NCBI GenBank assembly: GCA_002633005.1
Contig: NMRA01000110.1
Span: 771,786-835,785, forward strand
Reading direction: 5' to 3'
From: Phoronis australis
Taxonomy: Eukaryota > Animalia > Phoronida
DNA length: 64,000 nucleotides
Positions within the stretch are counted from its first letter, which is position 1, and each line of letters starts with the position of its first letter. Positions 12,134 to 25,637 of this stretch are shown in pieces. The notes beneath the pieces are model-generated. The model saw only the letters and a list, made by a program, of their open reading frames with translations, did not search any database and was not told the DNA's origin. The translations under genes and the position numbers were made by a program.

Positions 12134-13429
12134 CGCCAGGTCTGTCAGCCGCTTCTCTACAAAACGTTGTCAGTCCATCAATAGATAACTTGCACAAAAA
12201 TGTGTTTCACATCAATTTATTCATTTTATACCGAATAATGTTTTAGCCGAAGAAATAATTCCTCCTGTGAATTATAATCTATGTTATTCAACAACACAAA
12301 ATACGTCCCAAAAATTATTCCGTCTCTAGGCAGATCATTATGGGAATTGAGAGGTACAGAAAGACTAAAAAGTAATTTATTTTGATAAGATTAACCAGTT
12401 ATTTCAAGGCTGATTGTGATATCAACTGCAGACAGTATATCTATCCCTACAGATCTTTAAATTGGCTTTGATAGCACAAACTAATTTCTGTCATATCAAG
12501 GATAATTTAAAGACGAGTTTATCACAATTAATCGAACTATTTTGCGATTCCAGTGTTCAGTACATAAATAAGGAGAAAGTTTAGAGGTACATGTAGTTTG
12601 AAAACAATAGATTACATTTATTCCAAAATTTTCACAAGGAGGAATGCAATGATTAAGATTTTTTTACTTTGAATCACAACATTACCGAAGATAATAACCA
12701 TGCACTACTTGTCGAAGAATATCAATTGAAGTCATAGGAAAATCACTCACAATATATGCTTCTTAACACTTCAAGGTGGACCACAAAATGCATATTCTTA
12801 CCGGGAGTTTCCTGATGAAACGCCAATGAGTGTTTATTCGGAAAATTATGCCGAATAAAGGCCCATGGGCTTTCATTTAGTTTTACAACTTCTGGTGTCA
12901 AGTGTCCACATAGCAGGACGTTTATTCGGAAAATTTCCTCTTAAAAGCCCACTAAGTGTCAACGTTTAATCACAAGTTCAGTTTTATGGAACATTCATTT
13001 GTAAAAACGAACACAGTGTTGGCGAACTATGAATTTATTAACATAAAAATTAAAAGCTCATATTGAAGTAAAACATGTCAAATCAAAATCGGGAAACCTA
13101 TGACTTTCCGTTTACACGCCCCATTTTACAATCAAACTCCAAGGCGTTTATTTGTGTTACTAAAACGTATATGATTTTTCATTTTCCGAATACATGCCCA
13201 TAGGTTTATCTACGGAAAATCCGTGTGACAGCGAACAATATGTCCCTTTGATGTGGCTTTCTGACATGTTCATACACTAATTTTGAGAGTAGGTGTCGTA
13301 AAAAGAGAGTGTACTTGAAATCGCTAGCACCTAATGCACTTGGAATGTGCGTGGCCTTTAGATTTTGACGAAATTTCACCCATGTAATCAATGTGAGATT
13401 CATGTAGGATTCTCTATATGAACAACTAG

Positions 13430-14790
13430 AGTATGTGTACAATATTTACAACAATGATTATGCAGCACAGACGCATAATAGAGATTTAAGACCTGACATC
13501 TGGTATAAAGTTGACAGTTACAGTTAGTGAGGAGACGTAAGACATGATCAGGTGAGACATAATACCTAAGGGTCCGTGCTTAATCTAATGTAGTTAGGTA
13601 AGCTATTCCAAAACAATGCTCCCTGGCAGGAAATGAAATTATAACCATACGAAAAGGTGTAGACAGTTAACATGTTTTCTGAGCAAAAACTGTAGTGTTT
13701 CAGTATTGATACGAACTTGTGAGACAGTGTCCATTTTGTGAAACATATTTAAACTCTTTAATTGCCAGAGATTTGAGCCCTGCAACTGATAAGGGGAAGT
13801 GAGTCTGTCCTTCTTAAAAATTCAAAGTGAGATGATTCAGTCATCAAATATACATCAAAGAGCCCGATGTTGGATCTTTTCTATGTTTTTTCTCATCTGT
13901 AAATTACTGGTACCAAACAATGATAAAAACATGAGCCTACAAAAGCATGGTATAAGGTTAATTTGCTGTCAGTGTCTAGTAGATATCGAAGTCTGAAAAG
14001 CTGATTTACTTGGCTGGAGACCATCTGACAGATAACGTTCACATGGTTTTATAATTTAAGATGACGGTAAAGATGAAGCCCAAGTAGTTTGACCGAGTTT
14101 TCACATTTAATTCTCAATCAACAACCAATAAAACGTTTTCAGCATCATTTAACATGCCCTTTTTGGAAAAGATAATGGACTTCTAAGTGAGTAAACACTT
14201 TTCAGTGTTTGCTGCCATATTGTTTGCTGTAAATCAACGAGTGGCCACACGAAACGTGGAGCACTCAGATTTTGTCTTGTATTATTTAAAGAGATATTCA
14301 TATCAAGAATAGTGTTAGCCTCAACATAGTTATACATAGAAGAGGTCATTTATAAAATATTAAATAACATAGACCCCAGGACAGACCCTTGGGGAACCCC
14401 TTTAGAGAACTCGGACCATGAGGTGACTGAGCATCCTATTTCGACCCTCGTGTCTATTTGCTAAATAAGATTTTAAAAATGAGCATACATTATCGGAACA
14501 ACCATAACCTCTGAGATTAGCAATCAATAAAGTATATGAGGTACAGTCAAAGGCTTTGGACAGGTCAACTAACATTCAACCTAATATGTGATTTCGGTCC
14601 AAGGCCATGTCTTTAGGCGCAAAACAACATCTCGGTATGAGAAACCCTTTCTAAAAGCGCACAGTTGACTACACAGAATACTGTCAAAGAGAAGTTTCAA
14701 CTAAGCTTTTCAAATATCTGGTTAACAGTGAGCAAAACACTTGAGCTGTCCTGTAACATATTTATCACCTTTTTGAAAACTGGGCTAACT
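13430..14790 (-). mobile_element. Degenerate CR1/L2-like LINE fragment (RT domain to 3' end), copy 1
   Basis: Minus-strand RT remnants: DLSKAFD-like motif (~14545-14570), GVPQGSVLG (ggggttccccaagggtctgtcctgggg, ~14374-14400), SVKLLGLHL. Near-identical to 34620-35950. 3' boundary approximate. Confidence 0.8.
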
Positions 14791-16111
14791 GAGGTTTCAG
14801 TTACCTAATATGAAATAAATCCATGAAATAAATAAATAATTTTTTTTTCCAGAATCCATTCGGGGGTTCGGTCTGACGAGCAAAATCCTGGCTAATTAAT
14901 AGTCATCTGCCCTGCACACCTCTTCCTTAACTCAAAATCCTGGATCCGACCAGGTTTTTCTCAAGTTAATTTTGAAGAAGAATTATTTATTTCCACGTTT
15001 CCCGCCAAATGATGTAATGGGTGGACACATCAGTTGTAATGGGGAACACAGCATATCAGAGGACGAGGACCTGACGATTTTGAGAGAGAACTGGGAAATT
15101 AGTATGCACTGAAGGAGAAGAGAGTGGATACGGGCATAACTCTCAAGCACTTGAAGAACATCAGACAATATTAGCTACACCTTATACGCATAGCTTCCTA
15201 ATAACAATGAAACAGCAAGTGAAATCAGAACATCTTATATCTTTGTAATGCATATTTTTAAAGAATTTTACGTCTCACTTGTGTCTTGACTATGAAACTA
15301 CACTGAACTTGACAACTGCAGCTATACCATTCAAATACATGTACACATATGTTACCTCAAATGATTCATTTTCATCTACTGATCTAGTCATCCCGACAAG
15401 TGTGAGTCAGTTCATGAGTTCAATTCGCTTTTTAAGTTATTTCAACTTTAATCACCATTGCCGTTCATGCTAAAATTGGCCAATCGAGTATAGTATTGAC
15501 TTAGAACCCTATTTGACTCGGGCGGCGTCATGTGCAATAAGACAATGTAATTGGCAATATCCTTTCACCCAAAGTACAGTATTCATGTTCTACATATGTA
15601 CAAATTGTCTACCACGTTGGCTCTTACCTATTTGTATTAATATCACATCTGTAGTACGCCTATCCACTTCACTTTTTAATATTACTCAATCATCAGTTTG
15701 CTATTTACAAAATTTAGCCTAAGTTAATGTAATTAAATTAGTAGTGGCATTTTCATGCCTACCCAAGTGTTTACCCCCCAGTGTTCATTGCTTTTGTCCA
15801 AGCTTACTTAATTACTTTTAGTCTATTCACACGCCTGTATATATTTATTTTTTCTGTTGTTAGATAAGCATGCTAAGTATGAACTGTATGAATCTATTAG
15901 GTTTTAAGTACACACATAACTAATTACAATTGTCCGGGTGTCTGGAAAACAAAAATACCCCATTGCTTTTCGCCTATTACGCTCGACCTCACTTTTCTAC
16001 TAGGAAAACGACCCCGAACTGCGCACTTACGTAATGTTTACTACGCAATTAAGAACTCACGTTGTGATATCAGAGTTATCATTGAGCAAAGCCTTTTGAC
16101 TGCTGCGCACT

Positions 16112-18814
16112 GACATAACCACATTTAACTGGACTGAAATCAAATACTGAGCAAAAGTGACATAAATGTCACAGTCTCAACATTCACTCAGTCACTCAAC
16201 GACATACTAAATAATAATATCCCATCAACCATGAAAACAATAAAAAACAAGAACAAACCGTGGTTTAACAGTAACATTAAGTATGAAATAAATAAAAGAA
16301 ACAAACTGTACAAATCGTTCAGAAAATCAAATAACCCGTGCACGTTTAAGTGCTACAAAGAGCAGTGCAAGAGTGTGGAAAAACTAATTAAAAAGACGAA
16401 ACAAGAGTACAACAATGTCGCCAAAAATTCAAAGGAATATTGGGATATAATAAACAAAATTCGAGGACAGGTAAAGCAATCTTCATAGCCCACCATCCAC
16501 TCAAAGGAATCCAACACTGAGGCGTCATCCAAAGCTGAAAAAGTAAGTCATTTTTAGAATACTTCACCGCCAAGAGTCACGTTGCGCCAACAACAAGCTT
16601 TCCCGAATTCCCAAACAGAACATTACAACACCTCTCTGACATACAAGCCCAATCATCTGAAGTCCGAAAACTACCAGAAAATATTGACGAAAACAAAAAC
16701 GACGGTACCAATCTCATAACCAATAAAATGATCAAGCTAATAGCAAGAGAGCTTACAGTTCCTTTGACAACATTATATAACAAAATACTACAATCTGGAA
16801 AATTTCCTTTGAACTGGAAACTTGGTGTTACGATACCAATACACAAAAAGAACTCCAAAACAGACATTGCCAACTATCGCCCCATAACTCTACTTATACT
16901 TAACACCCTATCCAAAATTTTAGAAGAAATAATTTCTCAACACATGTTTGACCACCTCTCTTCACAAAACCTCATATATCGTCGCCAATTCGGATTTATG
17001 AATGGTAACAGCACTGTGTCTCAACTTACATAAATTGTACACGACATCCACCTCCAGTTTGAGCAAGGGTACAACGTGAGATCCGTATTTTTAGACATTG
17101 CGTCAGCTTTTGATGTCGTTCCCCATGATCTGCTTCTACATAAATTACAATCTTACGGTTTTTCCGGAACTCTCTTCTCACTTTTAAAATCATATCTGGA
17201 ATGTCGAACTTACAAAGTCCGAATAGAGGGTATCTTAGTCACGCTCATCAACGCCAGGTTTCGTAAATGCTGGTGTACCACAGGGTAGCGTACTAGTCCC
17301 CTTACTCTTTTTATTGTACATCAATGATCTTCCAGACACAACAAACCCTAAAACATTCTTATATGCTGATGGCACTGCAATTTTCTACCCATTCTCAAAA
17401 GAGAATCCCCATGACTCATTACAATTGCAAACTGACCTAAACAAACTCTATGACTGGTCTTGAAAATGGATGATGAAATTTAAACCTGAAAAAGTGTTGA
17501 TCTTACATTTTCTAAGTCTGATAATACTCAATTTCAAACAAATCCAATGCTGGAATTATCACTCATTGGGGAAGTTATTCCCAATAAGTTCAAACACAAA
17601 CACCTTGGATTGCTACTAGACCACAAGCTTACATTTACTCCTCACTGTCGTGAACTCGTTCACAAAGTACAAAAATTAATCAATCCAATTAGAATTGTTG
17701 CTCGTCACCTCAACTCCATGCATCTTGAAACTCTGTTCAAGTCTTTTTTTCTTCCACATCTAGATTACTGTGACATTATCTACCAATCGGCAAACGCTGG
17801 CATACTTCAATTATATAGAAAGACTACAATACCAAGCAGTTTTAGCCATAACAGGAGCATACAAAGGATCCAACACAATCAAGGTTCTAAACAGTCTCAA
17901 CTGGAGCAAACTAGCAACCCGTCGTAAACTCCACTTGTCCATGTATGCATTCAAAATCTTAACCAACAAAAACAATTACTCATACAGAATCCTCTTTGAC
18001 TCCTGCAAAAAACCTAACAAGAGACCAGGACTGCGGCAAAGTAATATGCACACCATTCCATCTTCCCTCAGCCAGGCCTTTAGGAAATCTACCATATTAA
18101 CTTGTATTGACAATTGGAATTCCTTACCATCCAAAATAAAAGAAAGCACTTCAATCGTCACTCTAAAAAATAACTTTGCCAGTCCCATTGACATCGTTCC
18201 AACTTCCTCGCATCCACGAAATAATCCTATACAGATCAAGATGCGGCCTATTCCTAAACAACGAGAAATTTAGACATAATTTTAATAATATTTCGCCTCT
18301 GTGTTGCTGTGTAGATGCGCAGACAAATGCTCACGTTTTCTTTGCTTGTGAGGTATGCAAGGAGCAGAGGGTACAGTTTTTCCAGACACTCGAACAATAC
18401 CCCAATATTTATAAAAAATATTCTGAAATTCCTCAAGTGTACAACAAAATTAATTTTTTTCTGTATGGAAATCAAGAACTCAACCCAAATGAAAATAAGG
18501 TTTTATTCGTAATAGTATCAAAATTTCTTTATAATATTAAATCTCTTTGTGTGAGTGGATAGAATTGTACAAATGTATATGAAAATGATTTATTTACTTT
18601 CGTAATCATATGTCATTGTAATCTTAACAGTTTTTTTAATTTATATATTTGTGTAAAATAATTGTATACAGATTTCTTTTTTATGTATTTGTGCAAAATA
18701 GTTATATATAGATTTCTTTGTACTTTTGTAACCCAGATATAATGCCTCTTGGCGCTTTCTGGGTTAGTGTATATTTATTGTATCGAAGATTTCGTAATAA
18801 ACTTTATAAAAAAA
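16112..18814 (+). mobile_element. 5'-truncated, frameshifted CR1/L2-clade LINE (RT), copy 1
   Basis: [63 protein letters not shown]-terminal C-x-C..H..C knuckle; AATAAA at 18796-18801 and a short A tail at 18808-18814. Confidence 0.88.
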
Positions 18815-19419
18815 GAATCAGACAATGAATTCAATTTCCCACGTAGGGAACTTTCGGCGACTTTCAGGCCACCGGCCCATACGGTATGAGCTCGACCCAC
18901 TAGCACAAGAAATGCTGCAGACACTTGGGTATGGTGTAATTAGTTGAAATGCATGTTCTACTTCATCTACCTAATTTTACCTACCCGTTACTTAGGGAAT
19001 TCCCGCAAGTGGTGTAACGAATAGTGGGAATATTTGAATAAGTGGCAATGCGTGTTTGGAGTCTCTAAAATTTGTGAGCCAGTTGATGATGTCATGTACG
19101 TTATCTTCCAGCCCACAGGTGGCGCAGTGATTAGTGGAAATAGTTGAATTAGTTGAAGTGAGCGTTTTGTGTCTCTGAAGTTAAGAACCTGTTGCTGACG
19201 TCTTCGTCCATATATGGAGCATACGTAGCTTGTCATATTTGAATTTGCTTGGAACTTAACGCTGACTTCTTACCTGGGTATGAAGTCACCATTTCATCTT
19301 TCATTGCGCTACAGGCTTTAGCACCTCCTAGTGCCAGTATTTATAAGAGTAAGAAAAAAGTAACATGGCCCGGGGGCGTTGCAATTAGTTGAACTACAGC
19401 TTCCTATTAATCTATTAGT

Positions 19420-21628
19420 AGGTCCCTACCAAAGATCTGCACTTGAAGACTACCAAAGCGAGACACTTTCGAATTATGTTAAAGAGCAAGTTTTCAAACG
19501 CGTCTTATTTGTAGGTCCCTATCTCCTTCGGCGTCAAAGCGTAAGGTCAAAGTCACAGACTTCCCAAAATTTCCAAATTTGATCCTCCGCTGCTATCTTA
19601 TTAGGCTCGCCGGAAGAGTTGACTCACGCATTTGGAGTGAGTAAGTAAAGGGCTATTCTACAAAGAAAGAAGTTTTGAAATCGGAATAAAAAATTTAGGC
19701 GCGAAAAAGTCTAAGAATGACGTTTTTCAAATTTGATCTTGCCGCGTAACCTTTAATAATCCGATCGAACTCAAACTTGGTGGACTGTAATTTCTCACAC
19801 TCTACGTCCATCTGAAAAAGAATTTTTGAAATTGGAGACAAGAAACTTTTTGGCCCCCAAAAAACCCTGTAGGCTTTTTCGGTAGAAAAAAATTGTCTTT
19901 GATTTTAAAGTTTCAGTTTTTATTTGAAAAGCCAATAATCTTTTAAATGGTCAATCCCCAAGTTTCAGCATGATCGACCTACTAATTAAAGTCACTGTGG
20001 CACATCAAAGTGACTCACCCAAGGGTCCTTTTTGGAACCAAAATTATTTGTTTTCCATTTCAAAAATTCTTTAAGCACCTGATAGCCCCCTGTCTCTCCC
20101 CCCTAGAAATGTAAATGTCATACTTTTCCTGGCCTTAGTAAGGCCGGCCAGAAGGGCTCCAAAGTGACCTACCTTATCACAATATCAGAAAAGTTTGTCA
20201 AAATGGCGAGACATTTTCGAATTATGCTAAAATGCAATTTTTCAAACGGGTCTTATGTGTGAGCCCCTATCTCATTCGGAGTCAAGGTAAAAAATTGTCT
20301 TTGATTTTAAAGTTTTTGTTTTATATGAAAAGCCAATCTTTTAAATGGTCCGGCAGTACCCAAGTTTCAGCTTGATCGGCTCACTTATTAAGGTAACAGT
20401 GGCCCAACATGTGACTCACCGAAGGGTCCTTTTTGGAACCAAAATTATTTTGTTTTTGATTTCAAAAATTCTTTATGCACCTAATAGCCCTCTGTCTCTC
20501 CTCTCTAGAAATGTAAGTATCGTACTTTTCCCAGGCTTAGTAAGGGCCTGTGAGGGCCCCAAATCGAACCTCCCCCTGTTCAAAATATCAGAAAATTTGT
20601 TTAAAAAATTAGCTATAGTTTGGGAAGTCATATCCTCATGACCTATGACCTTAAGACTACCAAAGCGAGACATTTTCGAAAGATGAGGTGAAGTGCAAGT
20701 TTTCAAACGCGTCTTATGTGAAGGCCCCTATCTCATTAGGAGTAAAGGTTTAAGGACAAAGTCACAGACTCCCCCCAATTTTCCAAATTTGTTTCACCGC
20801 TTTTACCTTATAAGGGCTCGCCAGAAGTGACAACTAACGCATTTGGAGTGAGTACGTAAAGGGCTATCCAAAAAGAAAGAATTTAGGTGCGAAGAGGTTT
20901 GAAAATGACGTTAATCAACTTTGATCTTGCAGCGTGACCTTATTAATAATCCGATCGAACTCAAACTTGGTGGGCTTTAGTTTCTCAGCACTCTACATCC
21001 ATCTGAAAAAGAATTTTTGAAATTAGAGAGAATTTTTTTGGCCTCTAAAAAAACCACGGACTGTAGGCTTAGGGTTTTTTTCGATCGAAAAACTTTTTGT
21101 CTTTGATTTTAAAGTTTCAGGTTTTATTTGAAAAGCCAATCTTTTAAATGGCCAGTACCCAAGTTTCAGCTTCATCGGCCCACTATTCAAGGTCACAGTG
21201 GCCGACTAAGTGACACACCGGTTAAATGGGCCAGATGCGTATTCTACCCGCAAACCAGCGAATGTCGTCTCGTGCAGCTACTAACTAGCACGGCGGAGCA
21301 AAGCATCAGTCGTCGAAGGTAATAACTAACAGGGGGCAATGAGGAACACCAAGAGGTGGGCAAAAATTCAGTTTCGATGAATTTGCAAATCGTCCAGCAA
21401 GAACTTGACTCCGGCATTTTAGTACACAATTATCACCCAAGAAAGTGTTCACGGCAACGCTAGCATACTTTTTGAAAATTTGGTCGGAGTGTTGGTGAGG
21501 TTGCGCACAGCTAGATGAGTACTTATGTCAATGGACGCACGGACACACGACACACCTACTACATCGCCTTCAACATATCCACAGAATAACAGTAGTTTTG
21601 ACGCTCTCGAGAGCGAAGTTAAAACTAG
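19420..21628 (+). repeat. Array of ~0.45-0.8 kb diverged tandem units ending in a palindrome plus CTAG (Helitron/Helentron-like non-autonomous element), copy 1
   Basis: Unit marker gcgagaca.tttcgaa recurs at ~19458, ~20206 and ~20666; ccaagtttcagc recurs at ~19959, ~20361 and ~21159. Perfect palindrome cgctctcgagagcg (21602-21615) lies 9 nt before CTAG|T (21625-21628). The tandem repeat is certain; the rolling-circle assignment is inference and the 5' end is unknown. Confidence 0.6.
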
Positions 21629-22155
21629 TTCTTTCAGTGTAAATTTTCATTCCAACGAACATCAACATTTCATCGATACGGAGCCTTTGTGTAGGTGGGA
21701 CCTTCAGGTAAAACGAACTACCTCAGTGGGTACATGCCCCGACTGAGGCCAGTGGCCTGTTCCGTGTATTTGCATAGCTCTGTGGACAGGCGTGGGCATT
21801 CGGGATACAAACAACAATAGGAATAATTAATTTGTTCATTTTTAGAAACCATATTCACTCCATAAATATTGGGGTTCGGTATAAAACACATGCAACAATG
21901 GAATTTACAAAATAACCTCGTAACATTTAACCACAAACTTTTGTGAAACAGACAGAAATGGCATAAACAAACTATGGCCATTCCGTCAAAAAGACAAAAC
22001 TGCCTCGCATATTTACATTACTGAGTTAAACAATGAGGTTCCTCTTCACAATGCACAAACTAAACCATGAGGACGAATACAGAAAAAGTGCTTCTAAATG
22101 AATTTTAGGCCCACGTTGTGGCTGAGTAGCAATTGTTACAGGTCATTAAAATAAA

Positions 22156-22169
22156 TGATTGATTGATTA

Positions 22170-22214
<45 letters not shown>
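22156..22214. repeat. (TGAT)n microsatellite
   Basis: About 14 units with one interruption, just beyond the end of duplication copy 1. Confidence 0.95.
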
Positions 22215-25200
22215 CTAACGTTAATGAAACGTTCTTCTAAGTATCTTAAAGTGACATTACCCCGAGCTTTCTTTCGAAAAACAGGTTGATTTAGGTCACA
22301 CGCCGCTGCAAAGTTGGTCTTAAAATTGTTTCATGGTAAAAAAATGTGTGATTTCTGCGCTCGGAAAGAACTGTTCGTTACTTTTAATACCAAGATTATG
22401 AAATTTCCGGTCAACCTGTGACCTGAAATTTTTACTGAATCGGCCTGAAGATATTACGAAGTCTCAGTTCTGCCCGAGCCTACAGATCATTTCTAAACTG
22501 AACAAGGAGGAAAACAAGACCAACTTTATAACGGTAAGTTGCCTCAATTAAAATTTGTTTTCGACTGAAAGTAAGTGATATATGCCACAATTGAAACCAA
22601 AAATCATTGATCAGCATACTCATGTCTAGTGTTACATTGTAAAAATTCAACAAAGAGTGATAGCGATTACTGCCAGAGGTATGCCCCCCCCCCCCCTAAA
22701 TCCGCCTATGGGTAGCTGGGCAAAGGACTTACCATGGGCAATTGGGAGTGACTTAAGCTCGTTCGGGATCACACGCTGCCCAAAGTATCGACGAAACACA
22801 TCACCTCAACATTCTCCTGAGTTCCCCCACTATTTCATTCAAACACAAGGATGTTACAATTTCCCAACATTTAAGCTACTACTAGAAACTAGTTCCAATT
22901 GAAGACATCCCACAAGCAACAGAATGTCCAACTGAGTTAGCACGTCAGTCAGTTGCTGCAAAGGTTCCGCAAGTGCTCCTTAAATGGTTTATTGTTAGTG
23001 GCCACATCAGAACGATACACTGCATTCGCAACACCTCAGATTTCCCTACGCGTGTGAACATAGGATTTCAACTATGTTCCTAACCTTTTCACCGCATTTG
23101 TGGAATTCGTTAGGTCAATGTTTTTGCCATAACCTATTTGTTTTCATTTAAGTAAGGTCTCGGTTTTAAGTTATAATGTAAAAGAACAGGTGGAAAAGCA
23201 TAACTTCTGTGAGTAAAGAAGACACAAATGCATCGGAGGTTCAAGGAATTTTATTGAGTCCCGGCTAACGGTCAATCATTATCCAGTTTAAAGGTCGCAT
23301 GCGAGAAGTTCGCGCATGCACAGATTATGTTCACTTCCAAGAGCCTCCGACATCCAGTACTTTCGTAACTTCAAATTTCCCCTCTGGTGAACTCCATGTG
23401 TGAACTGCTGTCAAACCGCCAACCATTTCCAATTTGAAAGTCACATGACTTCCCGTACGAGATGTGCAGATAACATTCATCTCTGACGGAAATACACGCG
23501 TTCCCTTTTTTCTCCACCATTTCAAATATTTTTGTAGGCTTATTGACTTCACAACCATGAAATTTCAGTAGTAAAACAAGCAATATACATTTATCAATAT
23601 GGATGTAAATACAAAGTGTATTTCTAGAGAAAAACATACACATCCTATTTACACTGGAACACAATATAACTCAGTATATAATCATAGTATCAAACATAAG
23701 CATTCATAGACCTCCAAAAATTGTCTATCACCACACTCAATACAAAAACAAAAAAGACTACATGCAATACATCCCCAGGCTCTTGGGTTTATAAGTCACG
23801 TGATACCAATTAACAGGTTAGCGGTTGTATGAAGTATAATATGGTAATAAACTCTGGGTTGTAGGAAAGAATAGTTGTGAGAAAATACACATTTTAACTA
23901 AATTTTCAACAAGTTCGAATGCTGCCAATGGTAGAGAAAATTCAGAGCTGTTACAAAAGTCCTCGTTACTCAGTACAATTCCATAAATCGCAAATATAAA
24001 CAACACCCTTGACATACCGGATTTCTTAAAATGTATACTTTTTGTCAATTAGAACTTTGAAATTAAACCAAATTGAAACGACTAACCATTTTTCACATTG
24101 TTCACAGAGTGTTCGACACAGCGGGAGAAAGTTAACAAGTGCAGTGAAATGCGCACTTCTAGGCAAAACCCATCGAAACCTGTACAGTATCTTCTATTTT
24201 ACATTGACCTCGTAAGCCAACACTAGTCAGGAACCTGCACGGCACAACTAGCGCAATCTATACAGCTTGTAATATGTGTTGTGCTCGAACTGAAACCACA
24301 TTTGCTCTAAAGGTCACGTCTTTGCGTCAACTTAAAGCTTTGGGGTCAACCAATCGGTCTTGAGACTTGTAAGCTTTCAAACGCCTAGATAATCTGATGG
24401 TTCATGATTGAGTCCCCTTATCGTTAGTAAAAACTGGGGACTGGATTTCAGGGATATCCAAAAACAGCAGTTCATTTTTGCGACCAGGCCTACAAGTCAA
24501 CTTGTCACAGCGTCTCATTTTAGCTTCAACGGTCATAACGCATAATGCAGCTCTTATTTCTTTGCAAATCCAGGAATGACTTCTCATTTGAGTACGGAAC
24601 AATTGATGTTAAGACCACGTGAGTGGTCTAAATCCCAAATGTTCGTTTTTGGAACACAGGTGTGTAATAGCCACTTTTGACCTTCTCAAGTTGCAGAAGA
24701 GTGTGTGTGGTTTACTACTATGACAAAAGTAGTATCTCACTGACATCGCACGCAAGAGCATGCGTACAAATTAGTTCATGTCTCGGAAATCGACGATATT
24801 TCGCGAGTAGGGTCAAAGCAGTTCGGAAAAGCATGTTACAGTGAATATTCATCAATACGGGTCTGCTTCTGAAAAGTGACATTAATTGTATCTTACGCTC
24901 CCATTGCACGTTTCCAAAATTAAACGTTTATTCAAGTAACTATGAGTACATGACAAAATACAAATAGTTTATAGAAATTATCTAAGTAAGTAGGAGACGT
25001 ATTGCGTATTCTCAGAGATTTTAGACTTTGCTCAAGTGAAATTTTTTTTCAGAAATAGTGGTGTGGAGCGCAAGTCCCGATTTCTGGCTTACGGATTAAT
25101 TAAGTCACTTTCCATGTTGTGAAAATGTAACTTAGGTGGATACCGCGTTGCGCATTAAAAGGTTTTCTATGAGACCTGAAAGGAAAGGCCCTTGAATTCC

Positions 25201-25637
25201 CTCGGTTATCGGCTGAAGAAAGTGATGAGTAACAAGCCAGGTTATCAAATGTTTTGACAAAGAGAATGACATCTTGACAAGGGATCATTTGAAACTGCTG
25301 TGATGGCCGACGTTTCCCCATGTCATGCGTTTTTCGTCTGTGTGGAGATTACTGTGACCAGACGGAGTAATTGAATGGTTTCTAGCTGGAGACACAGACA
25401 GCGCTAGTTGTGCCGTCTATGCTACAGTCGTCTTCCACCTAGTCCTGCCTAGACCTCCAAGTTATTTGACAGCCTTATGCCTGCGCACATGCTTGAGTAC
25501 CGAAGACCTACGGGTATTTTAAAATTGTCTTAAGAATAGAAATTTCACATCAATTTCCAGTTCAGGACCTCGAGAGAAATATTCTCATTCGTGATGCACC
25601 CGTTCCTGCTATGAGAACTCATGTGTGAAACTGAACT

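Larger units (their letters stand above)
8816..22101. repeat. Segmental (tandem) duplication, copy 1
   Basis: Colinear with 26840-46714. Starts tgtttgacccatcggta (8816 and 26840) and ends gaaaaagtgcttc.aaatga (22101 and 46714). Same order of NTase gene, minus-strand LINE, plus-strand LINE and tandem array; the stretches just 5' of the gene (~12350-13015 vs ~31160-34225) do not align. Confidence 0.93.

Noticed and set aside
14940-15720. Possible further retroelement remnant between the two LINEs (also ~38780-39550)
   Set aside because: Only a vague RGRGP-like stretch; no diagnostic motif could be reconstructed.
16112-18814. RT next to a variable gene as a diversity-generating retroelement or retron-like system
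   Set aside because: The RTs are ordinary, multiply disabled LINE fragments; no template/variable repeat pair or adenine-specific variation was seen.
23818-24048. Short ORF with a signal-peptide-like MSRVLFIFAIYGIVLS as a possible first exon of the NTase gene
   Set aside because: About 12 kb from copy 1, no counterpart upstream of copy 2 and no supporting homology.
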